Of a stretch of 64,000 nt of DNA, positions 13,838 through 26,014 are shown in pieces. Below the pieces are notes generated by a model, which made no database searches, was not told where the DNA came from, and worked only from the letters and a program-made list of their open reading frames with translations. Origin of the DNA: Squalus acanthias. Lineage: Eukaryota. The position numbers and the translations under genes are program-made. The first letter of the stretch is position 1. Each line of letters opens with the position of its first letter. The stretch spans positions 10,294,001 to 10,358,000 of the forward strand of contig CM059433.1 of assembly GCA_030390025.1 (NCBI GenBank). The letters run 5' to 3'.

Positions 13838-14025
13838 ATAAATTCCACAATCGGGAAAAGAGAGCGGAGTTAAGGGGTGAAAGCAGGAACGAAAGTACGA
13901 GAAAAAATAGAATACTTATATCAATACTGAGTAAGCGATTGTGTGCACTATTAGATACAGTATACAGGGTGGTGAATTAATGCACTGTATAGGATTTCAA
14001 CATTATACTAAAGCAAAACAGTGTC

Positions 14026-14492
14026 AGCTGTGGCTCAGTGGGTAGCACCCTTCTGAATCAGAAGGTTGTAGGTTCAAGTCTCACTCCATGGAACTTGAGC
14101 ACATAAAGCTAGGCTGACACTGGCAGTGCAGCGCTGAGGGAGTGCTGCACTGTCGGAGGTGCCGTTTTTCAGATGAGACGTTAAACCGAGGCCCCGTCTG
14201 CTCTCTCAGGTGGACGTAAAAGATCCCCATGGCACTATTTCAAAGAAGAGCAGGGGAGTTATCCCTGGTGTCCTGGGGCCAATATTTATCCCTCAACCAA
14301 CATAACAAAAAAGCAGATTATCTGGTCATTATTACATTGCTGTTTGTGGGACCTTGCTGTGCGTAAATTGGCTGCCGCGTTTCCCACATTACAACAATGA
14401 CTTCACTTCAAAAAGTACTTCATTGGCTGTAAAGCGCTTTGAGACGTCCGGTGGTTGTGAAAGGCGCTGTAGAAATGCAAGTCTTTCTTTCT
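14026..14492 (+). mobile_element. SacSINE1-like DeuSINE, full length
   Basis: tRNA-like head (TGGCTCAGTGGG A box, GGTTCAAGTC B box), Deu domain and (TCTT)n tail. Confidence 0.8.
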
Positions 14493-15576
14493 TAAAACCA
14501 AAAAAAAATCCTTTCCTTACATATGCTCTTTCAGTGAGCTGTCTGGGTGGTGTGATGGCATCAGTGCTCCGTGCAATTAAAAGGGAGGATGCAGTTCACA
14601 AAATTCCTCAATCTTAGCCACTCAGTCGGATGGGGGGGTGGGTGGCGGGGAAGGTGGTAAGCAGAGGCTTAATGATTCAGTAGAGGGAAGAAGGAGAGAA
14701 GAGAATTCAGTGCGACTGGGGCTGCCCTGCAATCCCTCGCAGCTGTATTCAGAGCAGGAAAATTTCCCCTTTTCAGTAATTCGATAGGAATTGGGCAAAC
14801 TTTGAAATGTATGTGTAAGATTTGGTATCTGCGATTAACAAGTGAAAATGCCTTTTTACAAATAATCCAGAAAAGGGCATATTTTAAAAAGAAATGAACA
14901 TCCAGTAATATTAGTCAAAAGCACAAGCTTCAGCAGAGAAGCATGTTTTTTTTTTGTAGAGGAAAAGCGTAGGGTTTTATGTAAACGTACTTTGGGGGAA
15001 TATGGCAAATCCTGACCGTAGGTGCAGATTACTCATTGGCAAGATTTTCAAACCATGGTTAAAGCTGAGGAAATTCAAGAAAGGGAAAATCCCTTCAGCA
15101 ATCACTAGAAGATTCCAAAACAGCTGAATTCTATGGTGTCTGAAAAAAGTTTCAATACGACGGATATTAATACTGTACATGATCCCTCTTAAAATCAGTC
15201 TAAATTTTTTCACGCACATATACTGTACTATTAATTGGGTTATATTAATTGTGCAAAATTCACACCAGAACATACCAGTGGGACTGATACAACACTGGCA
15301 AATGCAGTATGGTTTGAATTACCAACTGATGAATTTGAAATATTGTAATGTATGTTATGTATATCTTATGCTTGATTATGTTTGCAGAATGTTTATGAAC
15401 TGGCTTCTATGCTCCATTGCAATGTTACAAGGAATTTGTACCACAGTATGTGATCTGTACAAAAATCCCACAGACGAGGTAACGTGCCAAGCTTTTCACT
15501 TCATTGTCATATTACGGAACTGCTTCAGCAACAAGTTTACAAAGTGCGCGTAGTTTCTGCCGTGATGTCTATTCTC

Positions 15577-15922
15577 CTCTCTTCTTAGGCAGTCCCTCGG
15601 AAGCGAGGATGACTTGCTTCCACGCTAAGAATGAGTTCTCAGGTGACTGATGAGTCCAATGCGGGACCTACAGTCTCTGTCACAGGTGGGGCAGGACGGT
15701 GGTAGCAGTACGGCGTTCCGGTCTGTCTCTGTTGGAGTTGTCCATGAGGGTCCTGATGTTCCAGGTCCCGAACTTCATTTTAAAGGGTGGAAGATGCCTG
15801 TGCGTGAATTCTTTTAACGTGGGGTGGCCGTTGCACACCAGCTACCACACGGGGCTTGACAGAGCAAGGTCTTGGTCCAATGGCAAGAGGATCCAAGACG
15901 ATTGGAGACCAGGCTCTGCTAC
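15577..15922 (-). mobile_element. Internally deleted bipartite RTE derivative
   Basis: Minus strand reads 5'UTR, then MKFGTWNIRTLMDNSNRDRPERRTA (endonuclease N-terminus), joined at 15703/15704 to the C-terminal zinc-finger region and RTE 3' tail. Confidence 0.8.
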
Positions 15923-16029
15923 ATTGGCCTAGCACACTCACACAAACATACTCCTATTGTCCTCCTCCCTCCTTCCCACAGGTCCTCTCTGCCTGGGTTT
16001 CATAGGCTGCAGTGTGGTCCTCCCGACCC

Positions 16030-17060
16030 CCTGTGTCTATTCTAATGCTCCCCTGGCCGGCCTCCCATCATCCACCCTTCGTAAATTGAGCTCATCCAAA
16101 ACACTGCTGTCCGTGTCCTAACTCGCACCTAGTCCCGTTCACCCATTAGCCCTGTGCTCGCTGACATACATTGGCTCCTGGTCCAGCAACACCTTCATTT
16201 TAAAATTCCCATTCTAGTGTTCAAATCCCTCCACCGAACCACCCCCCACTCCCGATCTGTGTAACCTCCTCCAGCCCTACAACTCTCCGAGAACACTGCG
16301 CTCCTCTAATTCTGACCCCGCGTGCAGCCTCGATTTCCATCGCCCCACTATTGGCAGCCGTGCCTTCAGCTGCCTAGTCGCTAGCTCTGGAATTCCCTCC
16401 CTAAAGCCACCTCTTTACCGCTCTCTCCTCCTTTAAGATGCTGCTTAAAACCTAACTCTTTGACCAAGCTTTTGGTCACCTGTCCTAATATATCTTTATG
16501 TGGCTCAGTGTCCAAATTTGTCTGACAACACTCCTGTGAAGCATCGTGGGATTTCTTTTTTATTCGTTCCTGGGATGTGGGCGTCGCTGGCAAGGCCAGC
16601 ATTTATTGCCCATCCCTAATTGCCCTTGAGAAGGTGGTGGTGAGCCGCCTTCTTGAACCACTTCTTGTAACGGTTTAGTACAACTGAGTGTCTTGCTGGG
16701 CCATTTCAGAGGGCAGTTAAAAGTCAACCACATTGCTGTGGGTCTGGAGTAACATATAGGCCAGACCAGGTTAGGGCGACAGATTTCCTTCCTAAAGGAC
16801 ATTAGTGAACCAGATGGGTTTTTACGACAATCGGTAGTTTCACGGTCACCATTACTGACACTAGCTTTTTTTAAATTCCAGATTTACTTAATTAACTGAA
16901 TTTAAATTCCCCAGCTGCCGTGGTGGGATTTGAACTCACATCTACCCAGATCATTAGTCCAGGCCTCTAGATTACTAGCCCAGTAACATAACCGCTATGC
17001 TACCGTAACCATCTAGGGATTCCTACGTTAAAGGCACTATATAAATGTAAGTTGTTGTTG
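16030..17060 (+). mobile_element. L2-type LINE 3' region split by a SINE
   Basis: Same L2 motifs and (GTT)n tail as the other copies. Confidence 0.7.
16554..17015 (-). mobile_element. tRNA-headed SINE-like element with LINE-derived tail
   Basis: Head 'ggtagcatagcggtta..gagttcaaatcccacc'; tail near-identical to the LINE tail at ~400-480; GGGATT on both flanks (16548-16553, 17016-17021). Confidence 0.65.
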
Positions 17061-17327
17061 CTGCCCTCTTTATAAAGCAGAGTGGATTGCACAGCGTTGG
17101 CGCATTAAACAAGTCTGCACCTATGCATTTGTTTGACAGTCATGATTCGCGACCTAATTTCTGGCTGTTGGGTCGTTCCTAACTCCCAGGGAAAATCCAC
17201 ACAGACTCGTTAGCCTGTATGATTGGTGTGAACACTCAGCTTGCCCACAGGCAGAACAAAATGGTAGCCAGTGACCCCAACCGCAGCATCTATATTTGCT
17301 GTCCCAGGACTCCAGTGTCACACTGTC

Positions 17328-17760
17328 AGCCGTGGCTCAGTGGTCGCACGCTCACCTCTTAAGTTGTGGCTTCAGTTGCCACTCCAGAGACTTGAGCACA
17401 TAATGCTCGGCCGACCCTGAAGGGCAGTGCTGAGGGAGTGCTGCAGTGTCAGAGGTGCTGTCTTTCAGATGAGATATTAAACTGAGGCCCCGTCTGCCCT
17501 CTCAAGTGGACGTAAAAGATCCCATGGCACTATTCAAAGAAGAGCAGGGGAGTTCAACCCAGTGAACATTTATCGCTCAACCAACAACTAAAGGAAAACA
17601 GATTATCTGGTCATTTATTTCATAGCTGTTTGTGGGAGCTTGCTGTTTGCAAATTGGCTGCTACACTTCCTACATTACAATCGTGACTACACTTCAGAAG
17701 TACTTAGCCAGCTGTAAAGTGCTTTGGCACATCCAGAGGTCATGAAAGGTGCGATATAAA
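17328..17760 (+). mobile_element. SacSINE1-like DeuSINE (more diverged copy)
   Basis: tRNA-like head, Deu domain and tail, as in the 14026 copy. Confidence 0.75.
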
Positions 17761-18345
17761 TCATAGAATCATATAATGATATAGCACAGAAGGAGGCCAT
17801 TCAGCTATTTGAAAGAGCTATCCAATTAGTCCCAATCCCCTGCTCTTTCTCCATAGCCCTATAAATTATTTACCTTCAAGTATTTATCCAATTCCCTTTT
17901 GAAAGTTACTATTGAATCTGCTTCTAACATCGTTTCAAGCAGTGCATTCCAGATCAAAACGGCTCACTATGTAAAAAAAATGTTTTCTCATGTCGCCTCT
18001 GGTTCTTTTGCCAATCGCCTTAAATCTCTGTCCTCTGGTTACCGATCCTTCTGCCATGGAAAGAGTTTCTCCTTATTTACTCCATCAAAACAGTTCATGA
18101 TTTTGAACACCTCTATCAAATCTCCTCTCAACCTTCTCTGCTCTAAGGAGAACAACCCCAGCTTCTCCAGTCTCTCCACACAGCTGAAGTCCCTCATCCC
18201 TGGAACCATCCTAGTAAATCTCCTCTGCACCCTCTCTAAAGCCTTCCTAAAGTGTGGTGCCCAGAATTGAACACAATACTCCAGCTGAGGCCTAACCAGT
18301 GTTTTAATAAAGGTTCAGCTTAACTTCCTTGCTTTTGTACTCTAT

Positions 18346-19191
18346 GGGCTGGATTTTGCCAATGGGGGCGTTTTGGAGGCGAGACTGCCACTTGTCGGGT
18401 TTTAGTCCCGCCTCCATCGACTTCTGGCCAACCCACGCTATTTTCCCTTGATTGACCTTGTTAAGCCCGCCCAACGGGCTTAGCAGGCCAATTAAGGGGA
18501 AGCCGGTTACAGAGAACGTCAGCGTATGACGTTTCATCTGTCAAAAGTTTTTGACAGATGAATTGTCATCGTTTGACAGCTCTGTGAAGCTGTCAGACAC
18601 TGACATTCTCTGTAGTTTGATGAGTTCTTGTATTCAAGACCTCATCAAACCTCTTTCTTTAGCAGAAATTAGATGGTTGTTGCATTGGAGAATGCAACGG
18701 CCATCTGTCATCTCTACCGCGGAGGTGCGAGACTCTCCGCAGACCCACCGACTGAAGCCTGCAGGAAGAAACAAAGGTAAGTAAACTTTTTCTAACACTT
18801 TCCACTTACCTCACATACTCACCTCTCCACACTTGCACCCATCACTTACCTTCACAGTGCACTTTTGCACCCCGCAGACCCCCGCAGACCCACTGCTCGC
18901 CTCGGTGACCCTGGCGGGGTTCGCAGCCTTCGGGAAGCCCGCACTTGTGTGGGCAAAATGGGGATAATCCTCTTATCTGCCTGTTAACTACCTGTAAACA
19001 GGCAGTTAAGTGGCTGTAATCCGCTTCCTGCCTCCAGGAGACGGGACCCGGCGCGGGTCAGCTACCCGCCTCCTGGCAAGATGGCATGGAGGCGGGTTGG
19101 GGGCGGAATGGGCACCCGCCCCCAAATTCTGCCATTTTCTCGGCAGTCCCGCCTCCAAACCCGCCTCCCCAGGGCTGGCAAGATCGTGCCC
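18346..19191. mobile_element. PIF/Harbinger-type non-autonomous element
   Basis: TIRs GGGCTGGATTTTGCC / GGCAAGATCGTGCCC with TAT duplication (18343-18345, 19192-19194). Excision restores the CR1 sequence. Confidence 0.8.
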
Positions 19192-19755
19192 TATGCCTCT
19201 ATTAATAAAGCCAAGGATCGCATATGCTTTTTAAACAGCCTTCTCAACTTGTCCTGCCACCTTCATTTACACATACACCCCCCAGGTTTCTCTGTTCCCC
19301 ATTAAAATTGTATCATTTAATTTATATTGCCTCTCCTCATTCTTCCTCCCAAAATGTACCATTTCACACTTCTCTGCGCTGAATTTCATTTGCCATGTGT
19401 CTGCCCATTTCACCAGTCTGCCTACGTCCTCCTGAAGTCTGTTACTATTCTCCTCATTGTTTACTTGCGTCATCTGCACACTTTGAAATTATGCCCTGTA
19501 TACCCAAGTCCAGGTCATTAATATATATCAAAAGAGCAGTGGTCCCAACACCGACCCCTGGGGAACAAACAGTCTGGTAAACAACCATCCACAAGTCACA
19601 ACTATTTTCTGCTTTCTGTCCCCCAGCCAATTTTTGCATCCACGCTGACACTGCCTCTTTAATCCCATGGGCTTTAGTTTGGCTAACAGTTCTATTATGT
19701 GGTACTTTGTCAAACGCCTTTTGAAAGTCCCTATACACAACATCAACCGCACTAC

Positions 19756-20617
19756 TGCAACAATAGCAAAATACTGCGGATGCTGGAAAATTGAAATAAC
19801 AACAGAAAGCGCTGGAAAAACTCAGCAGGCCAGGCAGCATCCATGGAGAGAGAAACAGAGTTAACGTTTCAGGTCGAAGACCTTTCGTCAGAACTGGAAA
19901 AAGCAGGAAATGAAATAGATTTAAAGCAAGGATAAAGCTGGGAAAAGGGGGAGGGGATGAAAGAACAAAAGGAGAGATTAAGAGACATTGAGAGACATTA
20001 AGAGATGATCAAGGCAAGAGGAGGTGTTAATGTGACAGGTTGAGGCTAAAAGAAGTGAGAAATGCACTGGCAGAATGAAGGACAGCTGCCAGCTTCTGGG
20101 AGGGAAAAAAAAGGCGGGGGCCAAACAAAAGGGTGGATGAAAAAATAAAATATAAATGTGATAGGGGCCGAGGTTATGATCTAAAATTGTTGAACTCGAT
20201 ATTGAGTCCAGAGGGCTGTAGGGTGCCTAAACGAAAGATGAGGTGCTGTTCCTCGAGCTTACATTGAGCTTCCGTGGAACAGTGTAATAGGCCGAAGACG
20301 GTGAGGTCAGAGTGGGAGTGGAGTGGAGAATTAGAGTGACAGGCCACCGGGAGCTCGGGGTCCCCCTTACGGACTGAACGGAGGTGTTCCGCAAAGCGGT
20401 CACCCGATCTGCGTTTGGTCTCCCCAATGTAGAGGAGACCACATCGTGAGCAAGTTTGGGGGCTGGGAAATGGGGGAGGGGGGAATAAAAGAACAAAAGG
20501 GAAGGTCTGTGAGAAGTAAAGAGACATTAAGAGATATTCAAGGCGAGACGAGATGGTAATAGGACAGGTTAAGAAACAAAAGATGGCTCTCGATGAAGTG
20601 TGGAATGCGCTGGCAGA
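19756..20617 (-). mobile_element. Penelope-like retroelement fragment (GIY-YIG endonuclease plus pseudo-LTR)
   Basis: CSRCGLLYIGETKRR..RFAEH..LEEQHLIFRLGTLQPSGLN at 20174-20455. Partial direct duplication of the terminal region (~19935-20070 vs ~20461-20610). ACTAC on both flanks. Confidence 0.85.
19859..19895 (-). ncRNA. Minimal type I hammerhead ribozyme motif in the Penelope pseudo-LTR
   Basis: Minus strand: AGTT-CTGACGA-A-AGGTC-TTC-GACCT-GAAA-CGTT-AACT (core boxes, stem II, 4-bp stem I, palindromic AACGTT in place of stem III). Confidence 0.65.
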
Positions 20618-21744
20618 ACTACCCTCGCCAACCCTCTTCGTTACTTCAAGTCTTTCTTGCTTTCCTGTATCTGGAAGACTCCTCTGGAGGTGGCTCTCCA
20701 CACCAACGGATGGCACAGTGGCCAAGATCAAGGCTATCGGCAGTGGTAGCATTGTAAAATGGCTTTAACATTGGGGTCTAGTGGAGTGCTCGGGGCAGTT
20801 GACGCCCGGCGCAAGGGTTTCACGAGTCAGGAGCTAGTGACGTTAGCACCCTGTTAAACCCAATATAAAAGTTTTTTTGGGGAGTAGAGGGCTTTTATTT
20901 CAAGCCAGCACATCAGTATTGTATCCCATGCAGCACTGTACCTGCATTTACACATAAAAGCAAATAGCTGAGCAGTTAAATTGCTTTCATGTCTTTCTAT
21001 ATTGGAAGGAAAAGACAAAAACCTAATTTGAAGTACACAATAGGCAGTATTTTTCCTGCCAAAATGATTGCAGCCCTATTCACACCTCATTTTAAGAGCA
21101 CAACAAGGGTTGCTGTTTGCATAAACTTTTCTCTTCTGCGTGAATGGAATTTGCATATACTTGCATGTAAACAGATCAAACAGGATATAGAGGAAAGCTA
21201 AGGTTTTAAAAGAACACTTTCAAAACAAATTCTGCTCACCAAGCGAGATGCTAGATTTGGGGGGGACGGATTTTTACGTGAGCATTTGATACTCGGGTGT
21301 CAGCATCAATGACTCTCAGGTCTGATATAACGCAGGTCATGTGCACAGTTCGCTCACTTTACACTGCCTGAAAAATGTGCCTTTCAGCGTCAGAACAGCA
21401 GCTCCGACTGCGCCAGTGTGACACTTTCATTTTTTACACCAGTTGTGCCCACTGTCTTCCTAGAGAGATTTACTTTTAATTTTTTTCCCTTCCTCTCCCG
21501 AAGATGCTGATTCATGTACTTAGAGAGTGGTTAGAATGTGGAACTTGCTGCTGACCACATGTTGTGGTTGAGGGGAGGAACGTAGATGCATTTAAAGGGG
21601 AAGCTGGATAAGTACATGAGGGAGAAAGGAATAGAAAGATATGCTGATAGGGTGAGATGAAGTAGAGTAGGAGGAGGCTCGTATGGAGCATAAACGCCAG
21701 CATAGACATGTTGGGCTGAATGGCCTATTTCTCTGCTATAAATT

Positions 21745-22053
21745 CGGCAACACGGTGGCATAGTGGTTAGCACTGTTGCCTCACAGCGCCAGGGACCTGG
21801 GTTCGAATCCGGCCTCGGGTGATTGTCTGTATGGAGTTTGCACATTCTCCCTGTGTCTGCGTGGGTTTCCTCCGGGTGCTCCGGTTTCCTCCCACAGTCC
21901 AAAGATGTGTGGGTTAGGTTGATTTGGCTATGATAAATTGACTGTTAGGGGGATTAAATACGTGGGGTTACGGGGATAGGGTGGGATATGTGTCGGTGCA
22001 GGCTCGATGGGCCGAAATGGCCTCTATCTGCATTGTGGGGATTCTGTGAAATT
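21745..22053 (+). mobile_element. HE1-like V-SINE
   Basis: tRNA head (TGGCATAGTGG, GGTTCGAATCC), V-core 'gtctgcgtgggtttcctccgggtgctccggtttcctcccaca' and CR1-type tail. Confidence 0.85.
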
Positions 22054-22769
22054 CCATGTAGTACAGTTCCATGGGGTGATGGTCACTTTCCAGTGCCTCA
22101 TCTAAGTGCCATTCTTTACGTATGAGCACGACAGTGAATATTGTCAGACTGTGAGGGGATGGGCAATCACAGCAGAACCTGATCCTCTGCTTACCCATAT
22201 CTACAGACCATCCATTTTTCAGCAAAGGTTCACTCCATAGTAATTAGGCTGGGGAAGCCTAGACAATTTTCCCATCTATAGCCCAGAGGTATTGACTCCC
22301 CTCGCCCGCACCCAACCCTCGCCCCCCACCCCCCACCCTCCGTCAACCTCGATACCGCATTAGCTGAAATCAGCCAACTCAGCACAGACCAAGAACCTAC
22401 TGGTCTGTATGGCTCAACTACTCACCAACCAGTGTTTTAAGTGAGATTGACAATTTAGAGTCAAATTGTAGCTCGGTTTATGCTGTAGACCAGTGGGTTG
22501 TGACTGCTGACCAACAACAACTTGTATTCATATAGCACCTTTAAAATACCCCAAGGCACAGGAGTGTTACCATACAAGATTTGACACTGAGCCACATAAG
22601 GAGCTATTAGGATAGGTGACCAAGGAGGTAGGTTTTAAGGAGTGGGTTAAAGGAGGAGAGAGAGGTTTAAGGAGGGAATTCCAGAGTTTAGGACCCAGAC
22701 TGCTATAGCTCTAAGAGGCTGGTTTCCTTTGTTCACTAGGCACTTATTTTTCCCTCAACAAGTCTTAAC

Positions 22770-22870
22770 TTTCTATAAAGCCCAAGTCCTTCCAAGGCTT
22801 GAATACTGCTCCCATATTTGGGGAGTCTCTTCTAGCACCTCTCACACTCCTAGACAAGATACAGGAAAAT
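22770..22870 (+). mobile_element. Highly degraded CR1-group LINE fragment
   Basis: Translates as YKAQVLPRLEYCSHIWG. Confidence 0.5.
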
Positions 22871-23169
22871 ACTTGTCACTTCTTCCTTCTTGCCTGTAAC
22901 ATCTCTGTCTCCCCATCATCATTTTTGTTGACTTTCTTTATTTTGTCAATGCTACATTGATTCCTATATTACAACATTGACTACACTTCAATAGTACTTA
23001 ATTGACTGTAAAGTGCTTTGGGACATCCTGAGGTTGTGAAAGGTGCTATATAAATGCAAGTTCTTTCTTTACTATGGTCATTGCTCCTTCTTTGTTCCTC
23101 CTAAACATCAAATACACTGTCCTGCAAGCTTTTTTTCTTTGGGCTGCATTTTCCGAGTGGAGGCAGGTA

Positions 23170-23640
23170 AGAAAGAAAGACTTGCATTTCTATAGCGCCT
23201 TTCACGACCACCGGACGTCTCAAAGCGCTTTACAGCCAATGAAGTACTTTTTGAAGTGTAGTCACTGTTGTAATGTGGGAAACGCAGGCAGCCAATTTGC
23301 GCACAGCAAGCTCCCACAAACAGCAATGTGATAATGACCAGATAATCTGTTTTTGTTATGTTGGTTGAGGGATAAATATTGGCCCAGGACACTGGGGATA
23401 ACTCCCTGCTCTTCTTTTGAAATAGTGCCATGGGATCTTTTACGTCCACCTGAGAGAGCAGACGGGGCCTCGGTTTAACGTCTCATCCTGAAAGACGGCA
23501 CCTCCGACAGTGCAGCACTCCCTCAGCACTGCACTGTGAGTGTCAGCCTAGCATTATGTGCTCAAGTCCCTGGAGTGGGGACTGTGAACCCACAACCTTC
23601 TGACTCAGAGGCGAGTGCGCTACCCACTGAGCCACAGCTG
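23170..23640 (-). mobile_element. SacSINE1-like DeuSINE, full length
   Basis: Reverse complement of the 14026 copy. Confidence 0.8.
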
Positions 23641-23872
23641 GGACTGGTAGTCGGCGTATCCGGTCCCGCTCCCGGCCCCAGCTGGTCTGCTGACACAATT
23701 TTCTGTTAATTGGGCTCGTTAAGCCCGCCATGCGCGTTACCCGGCCTGATCAGAAGGTGCGGGTCTGCTGAGCGACTCTGATGATGCATTTGCAGCCGGT
23801 GTGTTTAAGGGGGCCGTGTCCCCATTGGCTCCCACTTCATTGTTGCTGCTCTCGAGTGCTGGTGCTCTCCAC

Positions 23873-24118
23873 GATGTCTGCAGAGAGACCAAAGGCTGCT
23901 CCCCGCTTCAACCATGACTCCCTCCATGTTCTTGTGGAGGGAGTCAGAGGACGTCGGGAGGTACTGTTCCCAGAGAATGGAAGAAGGAAACCTCCTCAGT
24001 AGACAAAGGCAGCCTGGCTGCAAATAGCTGAGGAGGTAACTTCAAGGTGTCTGTTCAGTCGCATCTGGGTCCAATGTAGGAAGAGGTTCAATGATCTCCT
24101 GCCTGCTGGAAAAGTGAG
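23873..24118 (+). pseudogene. Harbinger-associated Myb/SANT-like DNA-binding exon remnant
   Basis: AAPRFNHDSLHVLVEGV..REVLFP..*TKAAWLQIAEEV..WVQCRKRFNDL, followed by a GTGAGT donor; one in-frame stop. Confidence 0.75.
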
Positions 24119-24185
24119 TATAAAAGCAAACTTACCTTAATCCTGCTGTGCCTGTCATCACATCCCCATCTCTCTGCATTGCCAA

Positions 24186-24432
24186 GGAGTTATCCCCGGT
24201 GTCCTGAGGGCCGATATTTATCCCTCAACCAACATAACAAAAAAACAGATTATCTGGGTCATTACCACATTGCTGTTTGTGGGAGCTTGCTGTGTGCAAA
24301 TTGGCTGCCGCGTTTCCCACATTACAACAGTGACTCCACTCAAAAAGTACTTCATTGGCTGTAAAGCGCTTTGGGACGTCCGGTGGTCGTGAAAGGCGCT
24401 ATAGAAATGCAAGTCTTTCAAGTCTTTCTTTC
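24186..24432 (+). mobile_element. SacSINE1-like 3' half
   Basis: Matches the 3' half of the 14026 copy. Confidence 0.75.
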
Positions 24433-26014
24433 TGATTTCTGATTTATCCATTTGTGAAAATCAGTTCTGTCCAAACCTCCAGGCCCATGAAATTCAAACA
24501 GGAAAAACTAGCAAGTAAGAAATATAAATGCACACAGAACCTGAGTTGTCTGGACTTTGTGGGTTGTGTTTCCAGGGCTCATGGGCCGCATATGACCTTA
24601 TTTTGGAAACCCCGCCATCGACTAAACAGTGTATTTTCAAGTCAGCTGGTACAATGACGGAATTAATTGCCAAATTTTCTTTTTTGCAACACTGAGTGCA
24701 GGGTACTGGGCTGGAGGACCCAGTGATCTATTTACTCACACTCTGTAATTGCCTTTTACACCTCCCCTAAGGTCTTACCCAAAGGCACCAACCAATTATT
24801 TTTAAGTATAGAGATGGCTGAAAGAGTATTTTTCTTTCATCGGTAACTTATTCATGAGCACCTAGATGAAAGCACATAATATGCGTCCTGTGGTACCTTA
24901 TTAGGAAATAATATAAAGGATTTTGTTTGTAAAATAGGAACAAATTTAAGAATTCATGAAAATATCCTTTTTGAACTTAGATTACAAGTTATTCGGCAGC
25001 AAGTGGGTTGAAGCAATCTCTGCGGCCACGTACATGGTTACACTGAAACAACAGATACCATACCTGTGTCGGTAAAACCAACTCTATCCCACCATTTACT
25101 GCTTTTCTTATTTCCTCCCTCTGTCCTTTGAGCTTCTCTTCACCGGTAAGAACTGTGAGCACATTTCTGCCATCAACTCAACCAGTATGTGGCACACATT
25201 AACATGAAGATGCATACGTGCAAGACATGACTCGAGACTTTTTTGAAGATCGCTTTGTTGGCAAATGGTTCAACACCATGTCATGGTATCTCAAACAAGT
25301 GTTGAGGGAGACATCAATTCTGTGACAATAGGAGATCTGAAATAAGGTTCGCCCTGTTTAATTTTTATGAGGGTGCCTTCACGCTAGAAAATGGGGCAGT
25401 AGGCAGACAACATTTTTAAAAACCTACGCGCCCATTGGCTGCCCAAGACCCACCTGACTCATTTTCATGCAGGCCTCGAAATGGGCGGCTGGCACTCCAG
25501 CCCGAAACAGGCCGGGAGCTTTATTACAATATTTCTTCTCCCTATAGCTATTTTTTTTAATGGACCAGGGTTCCTAAGTTCAGCAGATAAATGCACCACC
25601 GATACATAGAAGTTACAAAACATAAACAGGCCATTTGTCCCAACCATTCAACACCCTGATAGGCCAGGAATTCATATTCTTGGTTGGCAGACGTAAGGTA
25701 CTACTGAGCCATATAGGCCAGAAAGGACCCAGGGTCAATCCCTGATTTGTGCTGAGTTAGCCAAGTCCAGCTGAGTGGCAGTAAGATGGAAAAAGAATCA
25801 TCCAGGAAGTCTTGTTCCTGATTGTTCATTCTTCCCACTGCTGGAAAGTGTGTGCACTTTGATGTGGGTGCAAACAGCATCGGTCTCAGCTGTGATACTC
25901 CTCCAGTTGAGTAGCCTGTTTCCATTTACTGACTAGACGCAGTAAATGTCAATGATGAACAATGCAGGCAAGAACAATGACCACTTGGGTAATGGCTGGA
26001 ACTCTCGACAGAAC

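Larger units (their letters stand above)
17761..20648 (-). mobile_element. CR1 LINE RT fragment carrying nested MITE and Penelope-like insertions
   Basis: DFQKAFDKVPH, VPQGSVLGPLLF, ADD and [19 protein letters not shown] motifs in register around the two insertions. Confidence 0.8.

Noticed and set aside
21745..21820. tRNA gene (also at 14026, 17328, 23570, 51786)
   Set aside because: These are tRNA-derived SINE heads followed directly by SINE cores.
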